Shown here: positions 54,491-64,000 of the stretch, piece by piece
Layout: each line of letters begins with the position of its first letter
How positions within the stretch are numbered: the stretch's first letter is position 1
The notes under the pieces: model-generated
What the model saw: only the letters and a program-made list of their open reading frames with translations
Database searches by the model: none
Told to the model about the DNA's origin: nothing
DNA from: Eledone cirrhosa
Taxonomy: Eukaryota
DNA length: 64,000 nucleotides
Assembly (NCBI GenBank): GCA_964016885.1
Contig: OZ024740.1
Coordinates: forward strand, 215,264,001 to 215,328,000
Direction: 5' to 3'
Program-made: the position numbers and the translations under genes

Positions 54491-54836
54491 ATTAATTCTC
54501 AGGAAATTATTAAAACATGAATGTCTGTAAATGTGTCTGTGTATATACATGTATATACATGCATCAGACCCGACAACCCCTAAACCCAAACGGGGTGTAC
54601 CATGAAAAAAAGTGCCCCAAACGGGGAGAAATGAGGTAAAATGGAAAGATTTTACAAATTGAAAGCTATACCCATTTTCACAAGAGAAGACATCTTTCAC
54701 CAGCTCCAAAGTGGATGGGAATCTCCCTGTCTGACGTATTTGTGTGTGTGTGACCACAATTACAGGCAGTTCGCCATTTTAAGCACTCGATGCTGTTACG
54801 AAGGTCCGTCTCGAGTTGCACTGTATTACAGATGAG

Positions 54837-56682
54837 GGCACTACAACGCTATTAGCTGTCAGTCCAAGCAGCCGATGGAAACAGGCGAAGGTGACGTCAC
54901 TCGTCAAACATCGTTTCTTTCCGTTCTTTCCGTATTACTACCGTATTACTACCACGCGTAAGTGGAGTTTTAACGCATTTTTTGAAGAGAGAGAGAGAGG
55001 GGGGGGGACTTAAAAGGGTCAAATTAGAAAACAAATAGAGGAGAGAGAGGGAAGACTTAAAAGGGCCAAATTAGAAAACAAATAGAAAAAAACAAATAGA
55101 AAACAAGTCATGGTTATAAAGCATATCGATGTAAGTGGAGTTGCTTAAATGAAAATATAGGTGGCCCTTAAAAGGGCCAAATTAGAAAACAAATTTAAGT
55201 TAATTAGAAAACAAGTCATGGTTATCAATGTAGAAAACAAGTCATTCATAAATTTAAGTTTTATAATCAAATTTTTTTTCATAGGTGGCCAAAAAGTTAA
55301 TTAGAAAACAAGTCATGGTTATCAAATAAATTTGATTTATTCATTTATATTTTCATTATTCACCAACCTTATTCAAAAGCTTGTTTAGAAACATTTTTTT
55401 CACCAACCTTATTCAAATGCATGGAATCAGATGACGGATATGTTCTAATAACTTTTGGAAAATTTCTCCTTTAAATTCATACCGCCACATGAATTCAATG
55501 AGGTGGGTTTGAAGCAAAATTCTGGCTGTCCCGTTTTCCCTTTTATTCCTATTTTTTACGTGTTTCCACAAGCATTCTATGTGATTCGTTGTGGCAAATG
55601 TTATTGGATCAACAAAATTGATCGAATGGTTCACCGTCAAATGTCGATAACCTAGCTGATCGATCTTATTATAGGAACGCCATAGATCAGATATTATGAT
55701 TGTCTCTGGCAATATACGATTCTGTATAATGGTTAAAAGTGTCTCCGCTGCTACTAAAATACATCTCTACTGCTACTAAAATACATCTTCTGGTACCTCT
55801 TTCCAAGGCACCCAAAACCCATTGTGTTGTCACAGAATGGCCACGATTGTATTTCCTTCTCACGAAGGCGCTTTTATCAATCTCGACAAGCTTAATGTTT
55901 TGTGCCACATAGTACTCTGCACAAACATCACGGCAAAAATTTCGCCAATCTGCTACGGCCACATTAGCGATACGACATTCCTCTGAAATCTTCTTGGCTA
56001 AATCTTCTTTTGCCCCAAAATATAATATATCAACTATCTGTTCACACTTCAAATTGCTATTTTCTAAAAATGTGCCTTTTCTAATAGAAACCTGTTTTCT
56101 ACAAGGTCTTTTACATGACCAGATAATCCCATCTGACACATTTTGTTTCGCTATTTCAAACATATGTTGACCACATGAAGGGCAGACCTTTTGTGTATTC
56201 AGAAGTCCGTGAATTTTCAACCAATTGACGGTATCTGCTGTAGTAGCGGTAGCGATGGTTAATTCCCTTAACACTTGGATATATTATAGAATTCATTTTT
56301 CAACTTGCAGATGCGTGTATTATCACAAAGTGAAGATTAAAGTTTATTTATTTACACGTGGTGTTGGTGATGATTGTTGCTGATTGGTGGGGATTGTCTC
56401 CATGGGGACTGTCGCTTGTCTCCATGGGTATTGTATCCATGCTTTTGAATAGGTTGGTGGAAATAATTTGTTTTCTAAACATTTCTTCATAAATATATAG
56501 GGTTGGTGACAAAAATTTGATAACCATAATTTGGCCCTTTTAAGGGCCACCTATATTTTCATTTAAGTTAACTCCACTGTTGGTGAAAATGACTTGTTTT
56601 TTATATTGATAACCATAACTATGAAAATATGTGACGTCATTCGTCAACGTAACCCTACTTTCACTTCTGACAGCTAATACCA
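54837..56682 (-). mobile_element. Merlin-superfamily DNA transposon (IS1595/ISXO2-like DDE transposase, frameshifted; coding ~55413-56296)
   Basis: N-terminal CPSC..WSC zinc ribbon, VEIDKSAF.RRKYNRG..WVLGALER, IISDLWRSY..H.TVNHS.NFVDP.T..TTNHIECLW. Inverted terminal match tattagctgtcag / ctgacagctaata plus inverted subterminal repeats (ggtggcccttaaaagggccaaatt). Confidence 0.88.
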
Positions 56683-57769
56683 TGAACTGTATTTACAGAT
56701 GGTGTGTGGGGTGCAGCTATATGTGTAACAATAATCCGAATTCTGCAATTTTTAGATTTGATATCTAACTGAAAAGTCAAGAAGTTGTCAGGAAATTTAA
56801 TTGTTAATTAGTTGTTAATTAAAATATATTTCACTGTCCTGTGGGAAACAACCAATTCACGATGTAACGTAATTTATGAAATGAAATATTTACACATGGA
56901 GGTAATGTAACTCTGATCCTGAAACATGCAGTTCAGCTTATGATATGTATAAACATTAACGTTAATTTTAACGTGAGATAATTACTACACACGATAAAAT
57001 TAGATTCATTAAAACTATCAAAATAATAAATACACGGTGTCATAAAAAATGTTTTCCTTCTCTAAATCATACCGGTGACTTAACTTAAATGTCCTTAATA
57101 TAAAAAATATACGTTATATTTATCCACAATTGTATAAATAACATTACAAAATAGACATAAATCATCATCATCAATATCACCGTTTTACGTCCATTCTTCC
57201 CCGCTAGCATGTGTTAGATGGGTTATCCTGTTGTGGGCAATGCCAGGTCAAGTGACCATGTCTTGCTCATACGGAACTGGTTTGGGCTTGATTTCTACTG
57301 CTGGATGCCCTTCGTAACACCAACCTCATTTACAGTGAATACTGGGTGTTTTTTACCGCGGCGCCTACACGACCACTTTACAGTGTGGGCTGGGTGCTTT
57401 TTTGTCTTGACACCTCCACGACCACTTTGCAATGGGAGGGGCTGGGGGCATATTGTCTATATGCTTCAACTTCGGCTTGTTCCCGTGGGAAGTTGGGTCT
57501 TCTGTATTACTGCGTAACGCCAGATGTCTCAGTCATGTGTCATCATCTTTGAGAGGTGCAATTGGGCAAGGGCCACTTTTATCACCTCATCCCAGGTCTT
57601 CTTGGGTCTCCCCACTCCAAGGCTTCCATCGACTTTTAGTGCTTTGCCCTTTTTATGCAGCGGTCCTCCTTCATACGCATCACATGTCCATACCAACGCA
57701 ACCTGCTCTCCTGTATTTAGCATTTGATTCTTCTTATGCGTAGTCTCTCTCTCAAATAATATATATGAT

Positions 57770-58270
57770 ACTTAACAAATATATAAGATTAAATAGAAGA
57801 AAGAACAGAAAAAGAGGGAAGCAAAAATAAAAACGGTTATCAATTCACCACTAAGTGCAATAATAGGCGACATATTATATCATAAGGGTTAACGGAATAT
57901 TTTGAGGCAAGCCAATACACTTGCAACATTACCACGGGTGATGGCGAGACTAGGGCGCTGAAATAACCAAGCACCCTCAAGAGCATCACCTGACAACTCA
58001 GTAAGGCCGGGTGATGGCGAGGCTAAGGTGCTGAAACAACCAAGCACCCTGAAAGCACCACCTGACACCTCAGTAAAGTGAACCGCCAACGATGACAAGA
58101 ACATCACTGTAAGCGGCACAACTCAACAAACGTCTCGATGGCCCCAGGCTGAAAAAAATAATTATTAGATAAATCCAGGTATTTCCGAATTTTATTCCGT
58201 CCAACAACAGAAGCAGTGCCCCCCCCCCACACACACACAGCAGCATCCATGATATGGGAGGGAGCAAAAG
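57770..58270 (-). mobile_element. CRE-like LINE 3' end with 73-bp duplication
   Basis: AWLFQRPSLAITRGNVASVL; inverted homologue of 60420-60925. Confidence 0.75.
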
Positions 58271-58399
58271 AGTCACTGACTGTGGTGTTAGGGTGCTAAT
58301 TTGTATCACCCTACCTCTCCCCTCTCCCCTACATTATCGGATTCAGTCGATATTTGCTCTATTCACCCCCTATTCACCCCACCACTCCCATAACAGCTA

Positions 58400-60925
58400 G
58401 CTTGCCTCCAACATCATTTTCCTCCAACCGAGTCCCACTGTCAGAGTCAATGCTGATCACCCGGTTGCCCCCTCTACCCCTATGATTAATCTACCCTCAC
58501 CGTCTTCTCATCTGAATCCTAATTCTAAGGTCGACTCCTCTGATGTATCCAATTTTCCACCAAATTGCATTCTCTGATCCCGTCCAAGTCGATACCTAAA
58601 GACAATCGCATGTTGCTCCTGCCGTAAACTACTACAGGAGCTGCGTTGGCATTACTAAGGTTCAAGCTGAAAGTTTCTCAAACTGGACGTGAAACCAATG
58701 CTACTTCAGCTCCGATTCACTTTGCAGTTCAGAACCTAACTCTGACGTTCAGATTTCCGTTGAGGATTTTGCCGCTAAGCTCCGGGGCTTGTCTAAGTTG
58801 AAACTCATCAACAGAATCCCAAAGGGAACTCAGACCAGTTTCGCCCATACTCTCTCCAAGCTGCTGAAGAATGTCTGTCTATCCAACAACATTTAGGATT
58901 GGCAGTAACTATTCTTGTTCCCCTTAGTCTCTCTCCACATGTCCTACGTGAAATCTGGATCCCTCACATCTTCCCTAAAGCGGCAGTTCGAGTTGTTTGA
59001 TTCAACTGCTACTCATCTCAGGTTGGTGATCAACTCGGTTCCAATCAAATGGACGATCACAGAACTTAAAGAAGGCCGTCAACGCCAATTCAATGAATTT
59101 GACATTAAAAGGGCTGTTCGCCTCCTCTCTTCTCTGTCATCTCTCACCCAATGCACTATATATTCACTCAACCAACTGAGAGTGAGACATTCTCCAGCTC
59201 CTCCGGATGACCACTTACACTAGTCTGATCCACCATGCCATTTACAATCTGTATTTACCACATTCATCCTCTGGAGCAGAGATTGATGGTCTTCGACCTC
59301 AGCATCCCAAGGATGGTGTCTCCTGGTCGGCCGGCGATACCGGTCTAGAGCTCTTGGAGAACATCGCCCATTTCGTCAACCTGTTCTCATCCGAGAATGT
59401 CCTCCTTTATATTCTTCCCCTGTTATTTAGGGCTAAACTGTTTGGCCTTACAAAGCCCAACGGTGATCTCCACCCCAAAGCAGTTGGGTGTACACTACGA
59501 CGGCTCATTGATAATTTTCTCCCCTCATTAAATTACATCGGTGATTTAAGTTAAAAGCCTCAACTTTTAAAAGATCTCGAAGTCATTGAGCCTCACCAAG
59601 GATTTTTTTTTCGTACTTAGGAATTATTTGTCAATCCCTAAGTTATTGTATTTTCTCAGAGTTAGTCCCTCTTACAAATTCTCGTCGTCTCTCCAACGCT
59701 TTGACGACCTAATATTCAGTAAACTTGAGGGTCTGGTCAATGTCCGACTCCCCCTCCAGAGTCTCTCGACCAAGCTGCCTTGCCCAAACGGTTCGGAGGT
59801 CTCGGTCTGTGTAATTGCACATCTTTATCTCTACCTTACTTTCTTTCCTCCATCCACACTTGCTCCCCTTTAGTGGGTGACATCCTCTCCTTTCCTACAT
59901 GGACTAGTTCCTCCAGGAAGATGGATGAAGCTTTATTGCAGTGGAGAGAGCTGGGTTTGTCAGTCCCAGTTACTGATGAGGATGGATGGAAGCAGAAAGT
60001 ATGGGACAATCTGCATTCGAGGGAAATTTTTAACTCTCTTTAATCATTCTGATCAATTTTCTAGGTGCCGCTTACTTTCTGCAAGCAGAAAGTTCTCGGG
60101 GGACTGGATTGAACCCCTGCTTGTGGCCAACATTGGTGGTCTTTTCAGTCAGGACGAGCTCCTCTTCTCCATTGCACTCAGAGTAGAAGCTAATGTCTGT
60201 TGGGTGGTGATGGTGGTGGTGGTGGTGTGTGTGTGTGTGTGTGGGGGGGGGGGGGGGGTTCTGAGATGTCGACTCCACAGGCCCCCATGGTTTGGCCTGC
60301 CGCCTGAATGTTACCCACCACACCGAGCTAGACCTGTTCATTAAATTATGGATTATCCAAAAGTGATGGGAAGAGACCAGGCGGCCTTATCCTTACTCCC
60401 TGGGTAAGAGGCAGGTGTCTCATCTTGGACGTCAAAGTCAGTGACTCTTTTGCTCCCTTCCACATCATGGACGCCACGGTGAATGGAGGGGGGGGGGGGG
60501 GGTCACTACTTCCGTTGCCGAACGGAATAAAATGCGGAATACCTACATTTATCTAATAATAATTGTTTCTACTTTAGGCACAAGGCCAGCAATTACCCAG
60601 TGCATTACTGGTACTTTATTTTATCGACCCCGTAAGGATGAAAGGCAAAGTCAACCTCGGCGGGATTTGAACTCAGATCGTAAAGGGACGTAACTATGCT
60701 GGAAAGCATGGCGTCCGACCCTCTACCGATAATAATAATCTTTTTCTAACCTGTGGCGTTCGAAACGTTTGGTAGAGTTGGGTCGCTGACAGCGAAGTTC
60801 TTGTCGTTGGCGGCTCGCCTTACTGTGGTGTCAGTTGATGCCCCTGAGAGTGCCTGGTTGTTTCAGTCCCTTAGCCTCGCCATTACCCGTGGTAATGTTG
60901 CGAACATGTTGGCTTGCCTCAAAAA
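58400..60925 (+). mobile_element. Degraded, internally deleted/chimeric CRE-like LINE
   Basis: GIDGLRPQH-like, LFGLTKPNGDLHPKAVGCTLRRL, LPKRFGGLGL, RPGGLILTPWVRGRCLILDV; central RT motifs not seen; family A SINE nested at 60558-60730. Confidence 0.75.
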
Positions 60926-61169
60926 CTAAGCCTGATGGTCAAAGCAGTATCACCCTTCCATACGATGCTGGCCTGACACTAAACAACATTTTATCTAATA
61001 TTTCATTAGAAAGAACCACCACACAAACACAGATACAAATTATATATTTATGCATATAATCCGTAATTTTGTGACTTAATCTATAAACATCTTATTCTTT
61101 CTCCTCTAAAACAATTTCTGGTTATTCTTTTGTTGCAATTCTATTTTATGAATTAGGATCTTCAATTCG

Positions 61170-61645
61170 GTATTTGTACCGTGTCAGCTTTTACCTATGG
61201 TCATGAATGGTAAAAAATCTTAGGCAATGACGGAAAGAATACAATCACGAATACAAGCAGTCGAAATGGGGTTCCTTCGAAGGGTCTTTGGAGTAACGTT
61301 ACTTGATAAAGTGCGTAGCTCGGAGATCAGGGAGTCACTCCAGGTAGAGCCACTAGTTCTCTAAATTGAGAGATCGTAGCTCTGATACTATGGGTATGTG
61401 GTTATAATGTCTCAGGAAAGAATCACTGGACAGATTTTACGAACAAAACCAACAAGTAGAAGACCCAGGTGCAGACCCCGAGCAAGATGGTTGGATAACA
61501 TACATGAGCTTGGCTGGTCTCTCTTGGAGATCCAGCCGGATCAGTTGGAGACGGTTGCTTCTGACAGGACCCACTGGAAGGAGATTTTGAGGACTTTGCC
61601 CCCTACAACCTTCTCAAGAAGAAGAAGAAGAAGAAGAAGAAGAAG
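61170..61645 (+). mobile_element. RTE-clade LINE 3' fragment with (GAA)n tail
   Basis: TYGHEW..RIQAVEMGFLRRVFGVTLLDKVRSSEIRE..MSQERITGQIL..RRPRCRPRARWLDNI. Confidence 0.8.
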
Positions 61646-62059
61646 CTGTGTGTGATGTTGGTGATAATTACAAAAAATACAGAGAAGAACCAGAATACTA
61701 TTGTAGAATAAAGGACGAACGCCGTCTGTAACAGGCTTATAACATTAAGTCCATAATATATGAGGTCGAAATTAGACTCGAGAACCCCTGATATGCAATG
61801 GACAGAACAAAAGCTATCCCGGTATGATGCAAAACAATTTTAACTAATGTTTTACTAACATGTCGCATCCTTCAGACACTCTGAAATAAAAATATCCATA
61901 GCCCTTCCGAAACAAATCTAGGAATGCAAAGACAGATAAAGAATTCTAGAAAAATAAAAAATCCTCATTGAAACGTAATAGTTGTAGGTTGATCCTTTCT
62001 TAATTTAACATGGGTTGAACATTATAGAAAATATTTCTTAATGTATTAAATTATCAGGG

Positions 62060-62940
62060 ACTTTTAACGTAAGTCACCGGTGTTATTTAACGAAGAACAA
62101 AATTGTCAACGACACCGCCTACTTATTATCTTTCTAACTGTAATTAATCTAATTATATCATGTGTAGTAATTATTTTATGTTAAGTTGAAAGTTAATGTT
62201 TGTGGATAACATAGAGTGTTTCAGGATGGGTATATACCAACTTCCTTGGTAAATATTTCATTTCATAACAAATTACGTTACATCGCAGAACAGGAGGAAA
62301 TAGGTTTTAATCACTTCGTGTTCAAGTGCCGCCTTTCAAATCCGAAGTACTTGTGTGATCGATATCCCATTGTGCAATTGTATATTGTCATTTGTAAACA
62401 TTTTTTGATTTATTACTACAAACGAGCACACATATATACATGCATAAATTATTCGGGTACTTATATATATATTCCCCCCACATCCGTCATACACTGTCAT
62501 ATATTTACTTCTATTACAGCTGTGTTGGATGTTTCATTACAATTTATAGTACTCTACCAGAACTTCAGATATCTGCCATTTATGGATATTCTTTATTGTT
62601 TTAACCAACATAATATCCGTTAATCATATTCACAATCATTAATGTAAAAATAGAAGTTTTTTTCTCCACAATATGTGTGCCACTTGGAGAGGACCAAGTC
62701 AGCAACAAACAATCTATTGTAAGTAGAAAATATATCTACAATACATATTGTCTATATATGTAAACATACTCCCATGATATGTAAGACAAAAAACTGAATC
62801 ATCTAATCTTATATCATGTAAACAGTCTTGTGATATCAAAGACTAAAAAACGGTACCATAATATAATATACTTCATCTAATCTTATTATATGATATAAAC
62901 AGTCCTGTGATATCAAAGACAACAGCATGAACCATAAGAC
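62060..62940 (+). promoter_or_regulatory. Upstream non-coding block shared by the ZNF paralogs (putative promoter / 5'UTR exon and intron 62719-62938)
   Basis: Reverse-complement homology to 46610-47440 and 56695-57110; shared gtcaccgg and aattacgttacatcg motifs; donor GTAAGT at 62719 and acceptor AG at 62937-62938. Confidence 0.55.
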
Positions 62941-62972
62941 ATTCGTGTTTTAAGAATTTCCTGAGAATTAAT

Positions 62973-64000
62973 ATGGAGAATGTTAAGCACTTAGGCATTT
63001 CTAATACAACTGTTTTAAACAATATAGACTCTGTTTCACGGTCATATAGTGATAAGAAACCTTTACCTAGTGAAACATTCTCGCCAGAACATGAAGTCTT
63101 TACACACAAAGAAATACACAAAAAAGAAAAACCTTACCATTGTGAAATATGTGGGGAATCGTTTGTCTCCAATGGGAATTTAACAAAACACAAAAAACTA
63201 CACACTGGAGAAAAAGAATTTCATTGTGAGATATGCAAGAAATCATTCACCCAGAATTCAAATCTTATTATCCACATACGTAGTCACACTGGAGAAAAAC
63301 CTTATAATTGTGAAATATGTGGTAAATCTTTCTCTGTTAATTCCAGTCTTGTAATTCACAAAAGAATACATACTGGAGAGAAACCTTTCCACTGTGAAAT
63401 ATGTAGGAAACCTTTTATTTCTAACAGTCTCTTAACAAAACACACACAAACACACACTGGAGAAAAACCCTATCATTGTGAAATATGTGGTAAATTTTTC
63501 ATTAATAATTCTCATCTTGTAGTTCATAAAAGAATACACTCTGGAGAAAAACCTTATCATTGTGAAATATGTGGGAAATCCTTTGTTGACAATTCTAAGC
63601 TTAAAATTCATAAACGTAGTCACACTGGAGAAAAACCCTATCACTGTCAAATATGTGGTAAATCTTTCATTGAAAATTCTAAACTTACAGTTCACAAACG
63701 TACTCACACCGGAGAAAAACCCTATCAGTGTGGAATATGTGGCAAATTATTCTCTGATAATTCTAGTTTGGTAGCTCATAAAAGTATACACACTGGAGAA
63801 AAACCATTCCAATGTGAAATATGTGAGAAATCATTTTTCACTAACTATCTTTTAAAAAAACATAAGAGAGTACACACTGGAGAGAAACCATATCACTGTG
63901 AAATATGTGGGAAATCTTTCTCGGATCATTCTAATCTTGTAGTTCACAAAAGAATGCATACTGGAGAAAAACCTTATCATTGTGAAATTTGTGGGGAATC
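62973..64000 (+). CDS. C2H2 zinc-finger protein ZNF-C, at least 10 fingers, runs off the window end
   Basis: MENVKHLGISNTTVLNNIDSVSRSYSDKKPLPSETF then 84-bp periodic fingers with TGEKP linkers. No stop seen, which is presumably why it is missing from the ORF track. Confidence 0.9.
   Translation, partial: MENVKHLGISNTTVLNNIDSVSRSYSDKKPLPSETFSPEHEVFTHKEIHKKEKPYHCEICGESFVSNGNLTKHKKLHTGEKEFHCEICKKSFTQNSNLIIHIRSHTGEKPYNCEICGKSFSVNSSLVIHKRIHTGEKPFHCEICRKPFISNSLLTKHTQTHTGEKPYHCEICGKFFINNSHLVVHKRIHSGEKPYHCEICGKSFVDNSKLKIHKRSHTGEKPYHCQICGKSFIENSKLTVHKRTHTGEKPYQCGICGKLFSDNSSLVAHKSIHTGEKPFQCEICEKSFFTNYLLKKHKRVHTGEKPYHCEICGKSFSDHSNLVVHKRMHTGEKPYHCEICGE

Noticed and set aside
55413-56296. Bacterial IS1595 insertion, contamination or recent horizontal transfer
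   Set aside because: Eukaryotic Merlin elements have this transposase. The copy is degraded and collinear with host ZNF paralog sequence on both sides.

Overview
AT-rich, repeat-dense eukaryotic (animal) genomic DNA. The SINE families and clustered single-coding-exon C2H2 zinc-finger genes suggest an octopus/coleoid cephalopod (inference). The left ~26 kb holds two convergent spliced genes: the 3' nine coding exons of the replication licensing factor Cdt1 (+, stop at 13016) and a complete 5-exon prefoldin subunit 5 gene (PFDN5, -, 156 aa). Each contains one clear U12-type (minor spliceosome) intron, and both U12 introns carry minisatellites. The PFDN5 one holds a ~4.6 kb array of a 48-bp SINE-derived unit, which produces the long spurious ORFs in the track. 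The right ~35 kb is a duplicated C2H2 zinc-finger gene cluster: one intact gene, one frameshifted, one running off the window, plus relics. It is interleaved with a degraded Helitron with both termini, a Merlin (IS1595/ISXO2-like) transposon, CRE-like and RTE LINE fragments, SINEs and MITEs. Most notable: the Helitron sits 16 bp upstream of an intact ZNF start codon and its own antisense 5' end supplies a candidate splice acceptor, and every ZNF copy is preceded by a same-orientation CRE-LINE 3' end. No prokaryotic systems, CRISPR arrays, rRNA or bona fide tRNA genes were seen. All coordinates were read by hand; repeat boundaries are approximate.
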